A stretch of 64,000 nucleotides of DNA from positions 64,001 through 128,000 of the IMG/VR virus record IMGVR_UViG_3300008952_000006; one strand, 5' to 3'. This stretch comes from a virus. Every line of letters starts with the position of its first letter. The stretch's first letter is position 1. Made by a program: the position numbers and the translations under genes. Positions 37,201 through 46,557 of this stretch are shown here, one piece after another. The notes beneath the pieces are model-generated. The model did not search any database and was not told the DNA's origin. It saw only the letters and a program-made list of their open reading frames with translations.

Positions 37201-37416
37201 TTGAAGACTGTAAAAAAGATCCAGTGCTTTATAAAGAGTGGTTGGTGCCGAACGCCAGCCAACTGTGGCGAATGCGAGTACTTTCTGGACCATAAAATAA
37301 ACCGTTGGGTTTGCGTCAAATGTCTTAAACATAACGATGCAACCTCCAGCTTTTTCCAGAAGGGGCGGTGTGACCGCTGCGAAAAGTCATCAGCGATATT
37401 GGTTTGTGTAGGTTAA
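37201..37416 (+). CDS. Small Cys-rich zinc-finger protein antisense to the structural operon
   Basis: 71 aa, 9 Cys with three CxxC pairs; stop overlaps portal stop (TTAA). Confidence 0.55.
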   Translation: MKTVKKIQCFIKSGWCRTPANCGECEYFLDHKINRWVCVKCLKHNDATSSFFQKGRCDRCEKSSAILVCVG

Positions 37417-39380
37417 ATCTGTGCACTACCGGGTCCTGATCTAGGTGGTAACTTGTCTGGTAGTGGTTGCATGGGAGCCATGCCCCCTCCAGACAAAGCG
37501 TTATTCACCAGCATATACAAATCCGGGTTCGCGGCACGTAACTGTGCCAGAACCCGGTACCTTTCCACTTCATTCATCTTTTTTAGCTCGGAGGTCATTT
37601 TGCGAGCCTGGGCAAAAAGATCAACCATGGGGCTCTGTGTGGCCTGGACCGGACTCTGCGCTACGCCTTGGACCACGCCCCCCGCTGCCTCTTGCCCCTG
37701 CGCCTGCTCTGGAGCAGGTTGTTGTTGTTGCTCTGCCCCAGCCTGCTGCTCTGCCCCAGCCTGTTGTTGATCGGGGGAGCCGCCTTGCTGTTCTGCCCCG
37801 GGCGGAGGGCCGTACTGTTGCTGCATTTTTGCTTGGTTTTCTTGTTGCATGTTCTGGGATTGGATCTGATACCGAGTCTGGATAAGCATGGCTTCGCCCT
37901 GCGCCTCTGTTTGCTTAATCTGCTGCTCGCGTTGGGTGAGGTTAAGTCGTTGGGATTCCTTGTTTATGAGATCCTGCTCAGTGTCAAAGTTGTAGTCCCT
38001 AGATTGCAAGAAGGTTCTACGACTAATCATCCCCGCGTTAGCAAGGTTCATATCAAAAGAGGCCCGCTGAATATCATCAGCCATCTTGAAGGGCTTGAAT
38101 TTTAAACCGATCTTAGGGAGATTCAAAAACTGAGAAACGCGGTCTCGGATAAACTCAACACACCGAAGCATGTCTTGCCTATTGCCCAGGAACTCGTTTT
38201 CCAGGGCACGCAAGTTTACCGAAGCGCCCGAGTACTGGGCCTCGCCATAAAAGAAGCCCGTAGGGACACCCATCCCCGCGATGATTTGGTCGGAGTAAAC
38301 CCGTAGCTCTTGGTGCAGCAGGAGACTCCTGCCTTGACCACCAATCATTTGGTACCCGATAGGGACGGGCATAACAGGGATATGGTTATTGTCTTGCCGC
38401 CAGCGCTTTATCTGATGCTGAACTTCCTTCTGCCAGTCCGCTAAGTTGATTTGGGCATAAGGATTATTACCATCAGTCGATACCTGCGGAAACATAACCC
38501 GCATAGGGACAATATGCTCCAGGGCCACAGCTTCCTGGGCTTTTCGTAGTATCTGTAGAAAGAAGATGTCCTTTAGAACCGGAAGGATAAGGGGTGCTCC
38601 CCAACCGCTATCGGAGGGCTCACGAGAAATAGACGGCCTGCGACTGTGGAAGATCTTGGAGCTGTCTAGAAGGACAGACCTTTTCTTCCGTAAGGAGTCA
38701 ATAAAAGCTTGGGGAATCGTCTCCAACACATCAGGCTTGCCGAGGGTGATGTCGTTCTTCAATGTCCGGGGCATTTTATAGTAATAGAGGTAACGGCCAG
38801 TTATCTCATTGTATTTTATAGTAATATGCTTTGGGTTCCAGCGGATAAGGCGTATTTTAACAGCTGCCTTAACGGGCTCATCAACCACTTTCGCGGGTCC
38901 GTGGTGGTTGCATTGGGGGCAGTCAAAATGGAACTGGTAACCCTTCCACTTGTAGCCAGCTTTTTTAGCGGGCGCGCTGTGCCCGCAAGAGGTGCAGTGA
39001 AGAACTTTTGTGAACGGAAACGCCACAGAGACAAAAGAATTTCCATATGTATATCGATCAAGATTGACTTCAATCAAAAATGACCGCAGCAGAAACTGCT
39101 TCTCAAACAAGTCCTTATACGCCCCCACTAGACCAACATTATCATCTTCGTAAACCAAGTCCGTGATCGGATAAGTTGCTAATTTCTGGGTTACTGCATT
39201 TATAAGCGGATTGGTAAGCTGGTAGTAATGGCACCAGTCAAAGGTATCTTTGATGGTTTTAGGTATGTAATTTTTGGCAACGTCAAAGAACGGGCTAGGG
39301 TAAAAGGACTCCGGGCGGCCAACAGACTTTGCTCGAGAACTTGCGGAAGATAGGCCATACCTCTGTGATCCGTAATCCAT
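37413..39380 (-). CDS. Portal protein with zinc-ribbon insert and Gln-rich C-terminal extension
   Basis: YQLTNPLINAV..LATYP, YTYGNSF, IFH..R..WG.P...VL, IIAGMGVP..F; CTSC..CPQC insert. Confidence 0.8.
   Translation of the reverse strand: MDYGSQRYGLSSASSRAKSVGRPESFYPSPFFDVAKNYIPKTIKDTFDWCHYYQLTNPLINAVTQKLATYPITDLVYEDDNVGLVGAYKDLFEKQFLLRSFLIEVNLDRYTYGNSFVSVAFPFTKVLHCTSCGHSAPAKKAGYKWKGYQFHFDCPQCNHHGPAKVVDEPVKAAVKIRLIRWNPKHITIKYNEITGRYLYYYKMPRTLKNDITLGKPDVLETIPQAFIDSLRKKRSVLLDSSKIFHSRRPSISREPSDSGWGAPLILPVLKDIFFLQILRKAQEAVALEHIVPMRVMFPQVSTDGNNPYAQINLADWQKEVQHQIKRWRQDNNHIPVMPVPIGYQMIGGQGRSLLLHQELRVYSDQIIAGMGVPTGFFYGEAQYSGASVNLRALENEFLGNRQDMLRCVEFIRDRVSQFLNLPKIGLKFKPFKMADDIQRASFDMNLANAGMISRRTFLQSRDYNFDTEQDLINKESQRLNLTQREQQIKQTEAQGEAMLIQTRYQIQSQNMQQENQAKMQQQYGPPPGAEQQGGSPDQQQAGAEQQAGAEQQQQPAPEQAQGQEAAGGVVQGVAQSPVQATQSPMVDLFAQARKMTSELKKMNEVERYRVLAQLRAANPDLYMLVNNALSGGGMAPMQPLPDKLPPRSGPGSAQI
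37729..37763. repeat. 17-nt direct repeat, period 18, in portal tail
   Basis: tgctctgccccagcctg at 37729-37745 and 37747-37763, encoding QAGAEQ twice. Confidence 0.7.
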
Positions 39381-39391
39381 CTATACACCCC

Positions 39392-40063
39392 TCATGGAAG
39401 CAGCTTCTTAATTTGTACAAGAAGAGATCCAGAGGCCGCTTCTAGGAAATCTTTAACAGAGGTAGACTTCATAATTTGAACGTCGTCCTCATTTTTTCCA
39501 TTAAACATGGGCTTCCTTTTCATGTCTAATGCTCTTTTTACTTTATCTTGCTGGGAAGAATTAATAAATTCTACAAGATATGGGTTACTTGGTTCAAGCG
39601 ATCCCGGCCCGTAAGAGAGGCCGTAGTCTAGCATAACGGCAGCAACGTACTTGTAAACCTCCGAAGAAATTTCTGCATCTTCACGCAATTGGGACATTAT
39701 ATCTAGGGCTAAGGCTGCTCTATGGGGGGTAGGTCTTTGTACGATATCGAACTTGGGAGTTAATCCCACAAACCCCAGGACCACTTTTTCAAAGATCTCC
39801 CAGCGATTATACGGGGAGTCTGAGACATGGCAGGTCCTGATAGCCTGTATTTTGTTCCGGTTTACCTCAGAAATGGTTGTTCCCCAGGACCGTCCAATCT
39901 CGAGCCAGCACGTTTCCGGTTCCCAGCCAAGATATTCGGACCCAAACTCCCGAAGGAGCATTAGGTTGAGAACAAGTGGATGAGTCTCGCGATTCGTAAA
40001 AGCTTGCCTGGGAGTTTGCGGCCCCGTGCTGGCAACAAGATGTGGATTAGTAGTTATGGTCAT
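39392..40063 (-). CDS. Hypothetical protein of head module
   Basis: 223 aa, globular-looking (WEPET, WEIFEK), directly upstream of portal. Confidence 0.65.
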   Translation of the reverse strand: MTITTNPHLVASTGPQTPRQAFTNRETHPLVLNLMLLREFGSEYLGWEPETCWLEIGRSWGTTISEVNRNKIQAIRTCHVSDSPYNRWEIFEKVVLGFVGLTPKFDIVQRPTPHRAALALDIMSQLREDAEISSEVYKYVAAVMLDYGLSYGPGSLEPSNPYLVEFINSSQQDKVKRALDMKRKPMFNGKNEDDVQIMKSTSVKDFLEAASGSLLVQIKKLLP

Positions 40064-41045
40064 CTATCATCCGCGCAATCGCTTGCTTGTGTGTTACAGG
40101 CAAGCTGGAGAGCACAGATGCAGGATCTGCTGAGAATTGCTCTGAAAAGCCCTCCCCAAACGAATCTGTTAATCGCTCAGAGCCCCCATTCTGGGTCCAG
40201 TGAGCCACGGTGTCGGCTGTGTATTCGCGGCCATTGATTTCAAAAGGCTGGTCCGCAGACGCATTTTTTTCGACCGATGTCCCAAATACTGTCTGGTAAG
40301 GGTCTGGTATTACCTTATTATATAGGCCAGTAATGCCGTGGCGGATGTCAAAGTCAGCGATATCTTCGGCCAACTGGTCAACGTCTGCAGACGCGGACTT
40401 AACCAGAAGAGCCTCAAGCTCAGCAATTCCATCGGCCTCCATAACCGCTAGTTTCCTGGTATCGATACCTAAAGAAAAGTCACTCCCAAGCTCAGCGCGG
40501 GAGTAGTCTGCCATATCATCCGAAAAAAGGTCGTTAAAAACCCCGGCCTCTTTTACCTGCAGCATCAACCGTCGCTTACCCCTTGGGCTACACGCGGTGA
40601 AGGCATCTTTAACAACCTCGTACTGGTCGTTTTCGGTCACACCAAAAAGCTCTTCCAAGCTTCGGTCCTGAGCCTCTCCGCTATAGCCAAGATCTAAGGC
40701 TGCGGTTTTGCACAGAGTTTCTGGTGGAGTAAACCCAAAAGCGGTCAGAGCGGTGCTCAGTTTCTGGGCCGCCTCTTTTTGAAGCTCCTCGGGCAGGGCG
40801 TCTCCGTGAGCCGAAAAGTACATCGCGGAAGCAATAGTGTTACCAGCATCGACAATGGGTAGCTTATGGGCTTTTCCTCGCCCCGTGTCCACCACTAGAG
40901 CGTAATCCCCGTCTTTAGGGGTCGTGTTCTGGGATAGATCAGCGGCCACCTTAACAATAGGGGGAATTCCTTTTTCGGAAAACTCTTTTCGGAGGAGGAG
41001 GCCTCCATCATCGTAGTGATCTAGCACTGCTGGTAATTCTTTCAT
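40047..41045 (-). CDS. Acidic head core protein with K-x-A motifs; first gene of the structural block
   Basis: Start reassigned to ATG 41045 (MKELPAV; GGGAG RBS); KVAA, KEAA, KTAA, KEAG, KSAS, KNAS. Confidence 0.65.
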   Translation of the reverse strand: MKELPAVLDHYDDGGLLLRKEFSEKGIPPIVKVAADLSQNTTPKDGDYALVVDTGRGKAHKLPIVDAGNTIASAMYFSAHGDALPEELQKEAAQKLSTALTAFGFTPPETLCKTAALDLGYSGEAQDRSLEELFGVTENDQYEVVKDAFTACSPRGKRRLMLQVKEAGVFNDLFSDDMADYSRAELGSDFSLGIDTRKLAVMEADGIAELEALLVKSASADVDQLAEDIADFDIRHGITGLYNKVIPDPYQTVFGTSVEKNASADQPFEINGREYTADTVAHWTQNGGSERLTDSFGEGFSEQFSADPASVLSSLPVTHKQAIARMIDDHNY

Positions 41046-41072
41046 GTTCTCTCCCACAAGGGCTTGGATGTT

Positions 41073-41085
41073 TTTGGTATAAGCA
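41073..41085 (+). promoter_or_regulatory. Candidate promoter motif copy 2 (TTTGGTATAAGCA)
   Basis: In the divergent gap ahead of the replication block. Confidence 0.5.
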
Positions 41086-41126
41086 AACCGGAAGCCCCAA
41101 ATTTGTAATTCAACCCGGAGGGTCTA

Positions 41127-41426
41127 ATGGACACCAATGACAATAATAAAAGATGCACCGTTCGCGTGGAAGTACCACGTAAAAAGCCAGAACTTAAAGA
41201 TGTAATAATTGATGCAGGCATACAGGGTCTCAAAGAAGCGGCGCAGGCATTGGCGCGGAGCTTAACACATAATGATGATAACAGCCCCGCGTTTGCCTTG
41301 ACAATCGATGTTCCAAAAATACAGGCGTATTCTTCTAGTAACATACAAACCGATACCGCACTAAAAGATATACAGCAAGAAAAAGAAGATGAAAATTGCG
41401 AGGAAAATCGCGATGAAATCGAGTAG
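41127..41426 (+). CDS. Hypothetical protein
   Basis: 99 aa; GGAGG RBS; first gene of the plus-strand block. Confidence 0.6.
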   Translation: MDTNDNNKRCTVRVEVPRKKPELKDVIIDAGIQGLKEAAQALARSLTHNDDNSPAFALTIDVPKIQAYSSSNIQTDTALKDIQQEKEDENCEENRDEIE

Positions 41427-41880
41427 TACGGAGCAAGAGCCCCTAGAGGCCGCCTATCGGTTTGGGGCGGTGCTAAAACGATTACGGATCTCTGCCGGAT
41501 TTCTATCCGGCAGGGACTTCGCAAAAGCCTGTAAACTATCTAGAGAAACAGTTAGAAACTACGAAGCCGGGAGAACGCTCCCATCCAATGAGTCTCTATT
41601 ACAGATATTAAAGGCTCTCAAAGAGCCTCCGGAGTCTAACGGCGCAAAAGAGGTTATTGCCTCTCTTTATGAAGCCAGACGCAATAGAACACCGAAAGGA
41701 AAAAGGTCATACGGGGCAGCAGCAAATTATGAGCTTAGCAGATACCTGAAAAATTCAGACGTCTCGGAAGAAAAGGTCGAACTTCTTGTTGCGTTATTCG
41801 TTGAGTATATCAACCCCGATAGACAAAATGATAGTCTTATACATTTCCTACGGCAACGTATAACGAAGATATTGGAGTAA
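41389..41880 (+). CDS. XRE-family helix-turn-helix regulator
   Basis: FGAVLKRLR..SGRDFAKACKLSRETVRNYEAGRTLPS..L..I..AL. Confidence 0.8.
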   Translation: MKIARKIAMKSSSTEQEPLEAAYRFGAVLKRLRISAGFLSGRDFAKACKLSRETVRNYEAGRTLPSNESLLQILKALKEPPESNGAKEVIASLYEARRNRTPKGKRSYGAAANYELSRYLKNSDVSEEKVELLVALFVEYINPDRQNDSLIHFLRQRITKILE

Positions 41881-41882
41881 AT

Positions 41883-43286
41883 ATGCTTTATCTCCCCGAA
41901 AAAGACAGCGGAGAACTTATAATAGATGAAGCCTTCTCTTCTGCAAGTATGTGGGTACCAAACTCAGCAGTAAAAAATAAAGAGATGTTTCTGAGGGCAG
42001 CGAGAATCCGCACGGAGAACTCGAGAACAGGCGAAGTGAAAACAATCTCCCTGGCGCACAGGGAGATGTACCACCTAGTAGTGGCTAGACACCTATTCTC
42101 TGAGGAGGAATGGGAGCAGCGGCTAGGTAACTGGACGATCCCGGCGCTAGAGCTATGTTGGGAAAGCGTTGATTTTGGGTCCAAAATAACCCCGAGGGAT
42201 GCTGCGCAAAAAGAAGCCTGGGAGGCATTTGCAGCAGCAGACCACGGAGTATTAAATCTGGCCTGCGGGAAGGGCAAAACAGTTCTGGCCCTCAATAAAA
42301 TAGCAGATCGCGGAGTCCCCGCTATAGTAATTGTGAATAACGCGGGACTTATGGAGCAGTGGAAGGACCGTGCTAGTGAATTTTTGCAGCTACGTGAAGA
42401 AGACATTGGTATTGTCCAGGGCCCTAAAGCAGAGTGGGACAAGCCTCTTGTATTAGCAATGATACACTCGCTGGCAAACCACGCAAGTCGTGGGCTCGAT
42501 TTAGACATACGGACCAGATTTGGCACCGTAATCTTTGATGAGGTTCACCATCTTAGCGCAGCCAAATTCAGCCTAACCGCTGATTTATTTCTTGGTAACA
42601 GATTTGGGCTGACGGCCACGCCGCGCAGGGAGGACGGGCTCGAGGATGTTTACTACGCACATATTGGTGGAATCTTCCACTCAGACCTTGTGGGGGACTT
42701 GTCCGCAAAAATCTTCTTTGTAAAACTCGTAACAGATACACCTGTAAACGAGTCCATCCTAAGGGATAGGACCGGTGAGTTTTCCGCACCAAAAATGTAC
42801 CACTACCTTGCAATGCAGGAGGACCGTAATCGTAAGATACTAAAACTTGTAACAAACGCGCTCAGCAAAGGCAGGAAGATCCTTGCCCTGGGGCACTCTA
42901 AAGCGCACCCTGAACTGCTTAACAAGATGTTTCTAGACAATCCGCGTATGAAAAGATATACAAGCGGGGTCGTCACGGGGGCTACTGCAGGAGAGGACCG
43001 CACACGTATTATTGAAGAGTCTGACGTGACTTTCGCCACATTCCAGATCGCAAAAGAAGGCCTGGATGTTGCCGAGCTAGACACGTTAATATTCTGCACT
43101 CCTTTTAAGTCGTGGGGTGCGTTCCAACAAGGCAAAGGCCGGGTAGAACGACAGGCTAAAAATAAAAAAGAACCAATTGTTTTGGTTGTTGATGACATAT
43201 ACCTAGGCCCATCGAATAGTATGTGCCGCGCTCTTAGAAGGAAAATCGTGGGTCATGGACTATCATTTAAAACCGTCGAAGGATGA
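41883..43286 (+). CDS. SF2 DExH helicase (UvsW/A18-like)
   Basis: PRDAAQ, LACGKGKT, DEVHH, GLTAT, EGLD, QGKGRVER. Confidence 0.9.
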   Translation: MLYLPEKDSGELIIDEAFSSASMWVPNSAVKNKEMFLRAARIRTENSRTGEVKTISLAHREMYHLVVARHLFSEEEWEQRLGNWTIPALELCWESVDFGSKITPRDAAQKEAWEAFAAADHGVLNLACGKGKTVLALNKIADRGVPAIVIVNNAGLMEQWKDRASEFLQLREEDIGIVQGPKAEWDKPLVLAMIHSLANHASRGLDLDIRTRFGTVIFDEVHHLSAAKFSLTADLFLGNRFGLTATPRREDGLEDVYYAHIGGIFHSDLVGDLSAKIFFVKLVTDTPVNESILRDRTGEFSAPKMYHYLAMQEDRNRKILKLVTNALSKGRKILALGHSKAHPELLNKMFLDNPRMKRYTSGVVTGATAGEDRTRIIEESDVTFATFQIAKEGLDVAELDTLIFCTPFKSWGAFQQGKGRVERQAKNKKEPIVLVVDDIYLGPSNSMCRALRRKIVGHGLSFKTVEG

Positions 43287-43920
43287 CCTGAAATCCTTCC
43301 TATATACTTTCAGAGACTGCGCAGAATGCGGGCTCCATAAGAATAGAAAAACCCCCGTATCCGGCAGGGGCAGTGTAGACGCTTCGGTGGTTATACTCCT
43401 AGACCGAGTAAGTGCCGGGGCGGGCTATAGCGGTGATATTATGTCTGGTGGGGAGGGGAAAACACTCCAACGAGTGCTTAAGTTTGTTGCCGAGTATTAC
43501 CCAGTAATAAGGGATAACTTCCTATGGGTCACTCCCGTAACCATTTGTCCAACAAGGAGAGGCGGTAAACAGGAGATGCTCCCCGCCCCCTCAGCCAAAG
43601 AACAGGCGGCATGTTCCCCCCGCCTTTATGGGGAGATCCACCGGATACAACCAGAGATTATAGTGGCTTGTGGCGCATCTGCCTACAAAGCCCTAACCCC
43701 CGCCAGAAGCGCTGCACACGCGGACACTATTGGCAGGGTTATAGACGGGTATGTGCAGGGGAGCGTCGGAGCTTACCCAATACCTACAATGGTCACGTAC
43801 TCGATGAACCAGCTGTACCGAGACCCCACACAAACTAAGCGGGGTATTTGGAATAAGACAATTGGTCACTTTAAACAGGCGGTTAGCATCGCCACAATAT
43901 TAGCAGAAAAAAGGAGGTAG
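43255..43920 (+). CDS. Uracil-DNA glycosylase family 4/5-like Fe-S protein with degenerate catalytic motifs
   Basis: CAECGLH..R..PV.G.G, ICP, ACSP.L..EI..IQP..IVA.G..A; lacks GE(A/G)PG and HP. Confidence 0.7.
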   Translation: MDYHLKPSKDDLKSFLYTFRDCAECGLHKNRKTPVSGRGSVDASVVILLDRVSAGAGYSGDIMSGGEGKTLQRVLKFVAEYYPVIRDNFLWVTPVTICPTRRGGKQEMLPAPSAKEQAACSPRLYGEIHRIQPEIIVACGASAYKALTPARSAAHADTIGRVIDGYVQGSVGAYPIPTMVTYSMNQLYRDPTQTKRGIWNKTIGHFKQAVSIATILAEKRR

Positions 43921-43921
43921 C

Positions 43922-44353
43922 ATGGGCTACGAATCTAAATCAGAAGAAGCGCGAAAAGCAGTCAGAGACTTCGAAGTAGCTAGGGAAGACATCAAGGAGT
44001 TCTTCAGAGAGCACCCTGAGTTTATGGATAACTTCATACCAATGGTTGAGCGGTATAACAAACTTCTGACCGAAGCAAAGAACCAAGTCAGAGGTTTGGA
44101 CGGGGATGACAAAATCTCAGTAGGACCGTTCACGCGCACCGCCAGACCCAAGAGCACCACATACGATGCAACAAAGGTGAACCCTGAAGTCCTCACTATG
44201 GAGGGCGTTGTTAAGAAAATCGACGGGGCCAGGATAAACGACCTCATTGTATCTGGTAAGATATCGCATTCCGATGTCGAAGATGGGCAGTCGGTAAGCT
44301 ACGGGACGGCTAGAGTAAACGCCCCCGGATTAATTGTAATAAAAGTAGTTTAA
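43922..44353 (+). CDS. Hypothetical protein
   Basis: 143 aa; AGGAGG RBS. Confidence 0.65.
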   Translation: MGYESKSEEARKAVRDFEVAREDIKEFFREHPEFMDNFIPMVERYNKLLTEAKNQVRGLDGDDKISVGPFTRTARPKSTTYDATKVNPEVLTMEGVVKKIDGARINDLIVSGKISHSDVEDGQSVSYGTARVNAPGLIVIKVV

Positions 44354-44357
44354 CGCC

Positions 44358-44786
44358 ATGTTTGGTGGTGGACCAAAGACAGGGGAGGCTTACGCCTCCC
44401 TTCGTCTTACTACAGTTAAAGCTTGGGGATACAAGGCAAACCGACAAACTAGGAGTGAAAGAATGGAACAGCAAATACCAATTGACTCTCTATGGACAGA
44501 TGAGAGTCTACCGGAGGCATCGGTCACAGCCAGTGTGGCCACAAAAGTTTCAGACGCCGTTTATTACGGTTCTGGTGAGTGGGACAAAATACCGTTCCAC
44601 GTTGAGATCTTCTCAAGTGTTACGCTGAAATGTAGCCAAGAGGAGGGGTCGATCCGAAAGGCGCACAACTGTGCTTACGACTTGGCCTGGGAAGCGTCGA
44701 GAGAGCACATTATAAAAGCAGTTGCTGGACACATGATTGACATTAAGGAGCGTTTGTGTTCTGGATCTTTCCAGGAGGAAGACTAA
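44358..44786 (+). CDS. Hypothetical protein
   Basis: 142 aa, co-oriented and tightly packed. Confidence 0.6.
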   Translation: MFGGGPKTGEAYASLRLTTVKAWGYKANRQTRSERMEQQIPIDSLWTDESLPEASVTASVATKVSDAVYYGSGEWDKIPFHVEIFSSVTLKCSQEEGSIRKAHNCAYDLAWEASREHIIKAVAGHMIDIKERLCSGSFQEED

Positions 44787-44787
44787 G

Positions 44788-45084
44788 ATGGCAGACATAA
44801 TGAAATGCTCAATAGACTCCCTCCACGCGCATAACATTGAAATAATCAACCCGGAGACGCAGAAAGAGTTCTACGTCATTTCGGCAAAGATTGGTTATGG
44901 CGTCGGAGGGAAGGCCGTTGGCGAAGTGGTCGTGAACGGTCTTGAGATGCACAAAGAAGTACAAGAGGCCACTAAGCTTCTAATAGAGGCTATAGAGAAG
45001 GCGTTTGCGCCTACCATCGGGGTACTGTCTGACGACGAGAAGACCCTGAAAGGGGAGTTGCCTTCAGGGCTAATCAATATCTAA
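44788..45084 (+). CDS. Hypothetical protein
   Basis: Start reassigned to ATG 44788 (MADIMK; AGGAGG RBS). Confidence 0.6.
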   Translation: MADIMKCSIDSLHAHNIEIINPETQKEFYVISAKIGYGVGGKAVGEVVVNGLEMHKEVQEATKLLIEAIEKAFAPTIGVLSDDEKTLKGELPSGLINI

Positions 45085-45125
45085 ATAACAGCTAACATTT
45101 ATGCAAGAACAAGGAGGAGCACGGA

Positions 45126-46556
45126 ATGGCAAACTGGGAGCTACAGTTAATAAGTGCAATCGTCGGAGCGGAAGAGCCCGGTGATATTTTTGAGACCGCA
45201 CAAAGGGAGGGAATAAACTTCCGAATATTCGGTGGCATGGAGGCAAAGAACCTCTGGGCAACCATTGACGCGCACTATAGGAGACCGCAAAACTTCGGGC
45301 ACGTTCCAAGCGAACAAACACTGCTGGAACAATTTCCCTCTCTAGACCTGCCAGCGCCAGTAGAGAACTTTCAAGACCTATGCGAGAAGGTAAAAGATAG
45401 CCATCTCAGGAGGGAGGCCGAAAGCGCTGTGAGTAAGTATCTGGCCGATGTCGAGCCAAGCAACGGATTGACGATCATCGCACATCTGCACCGTAAAATA
45501 GGGGAGCTTCTAGAAACAAACTCTGCGGACAACGATGTATGCTTTTCTCAGGTAGCGCTACAGGAATGCGCTGCTGAGCTTCGGAGAATCGAAGATACAG
45601 ATGGTATGACTGGCTACCCGTGGCCGTGGCCTAGATTGAACATTGCAACCCAGGGCATACAGCCCGGTGACTTCATCATGGTTTGGGCCCTGCCGAAGTC
45701 CATGAAAACATGGTTTGGTTTGGTGGTAGCGGCTCATATGTTAGCTACGGGGAGGCGTGTTCTTATCTACTCAAAGGAGATGACATGGCCCGCCGTTAGA
45801 CGTCGATTGGCTTGCATCTTGGCTCGAGTAGACTACACGCGCCTAAAAGAAGGAAACCTATCAACTGCTGAAGAAACCCAGTACCTCCAAAAGCTAGAGG
45901 AGATCTGCGACCCAGAATTTCCTGGTGACGTTTGGTTTACTTCGGCTGACTGTGCGGATGGGAGTCCTGGGGGACCAGACGAGATACGGAGAAAGATCGA
46001 TATCTTCAGGCCGCATTTCGTGTTGCTTGACTCAGCCTACATGCTGGAGCTACCGGGTTCTGGGAGCAGCGCTTTGGACTGGAAGCAACTGTCGCTTGTA
46101 AATAGGCGTATTAAACAGATAGCCAAAACAACAGGTATACCAATTATGGCGATCCTCCAAGAAAATGAGAGGAGTGCGCTTAAGTATGCAAAGTCACGTG
46201 GGACGGCATCATTAGCCATGAACACGGGCGCTGTTATGGACTGCGATGTTGGTATACGTCTAGTCTATCATAAAAATCGTAGAGAGCTGTCTATCCACCT
46301 CCCTGCTGCCAGGGAGACAACCTGTGAGGGCTTCACAATTAACGCCTTGGCGGCAGAGAATTTCTCCTACGCTCACGATGGACTTCATTCCTTATCGGAT
46401 ATTTACGATGAAGAAGCTGCTGAATCCGCCAATCTGCCAGAGCAGATGAACGGTCAAGGAGAAGAGGTTCGCGCAGTCGTAAGCCCTTTAATGGTTAGCA
46501 GCAGAGAGACCCCACAGGTCCCTCGCGATGAAATTGATGATGATTTAGGGATCTAA
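45126..46556 (+). CDS. dnaB: Replicative DnaB-like helicase
   Basis: TGYPWPW..LN..T.G.QPG, variant Walker A ALPKSMKT, YSKEM, VLLDSAY, IKQIAK....PI...LQ.N; adjacent to primase. Confidence 0.85.
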   Translation: MANWELQLISAIVGAEEPGDIFETAQREGINFRIFGGMEAKNLWATIDAHYRRPQNFGHVPSEQTLLEQFPSLDLPAPVENFQDLCEKVKDSHLRREAESAVSKYLADVEPSNGLTIIAHLHRKIGELLETNSADNDVCFSQVALQECAAELRRIEDTDGMTGYPWPWPRLNIATQGIQPGDFIMVWALPKSMKTWFGLVVAAHMLATGRRVLIYSKEMTWPAVRRRLACILARVDYTRLKEGNLSTAEETQYLQKLEEICDPEFPGDVWFTSADCADGSPGGPDEIRRKIDIFRPHFVLLDSAYMLELPGSGSSALDWKQLSLVNRRIKQIAKTTGIPIMAILQENERSALKYAKSRGTASLAMNTGAVMDCDVGIRLVYHKNRRELSIHLPAARETTCEGFTINALAAENFSYAHDGLHSLSDIYDEEAAESANLPEQMNGQGEEVRAVVSPLMVSSRETPQVPRDEIDDDLGI

Positions 46557-46557
46557 A

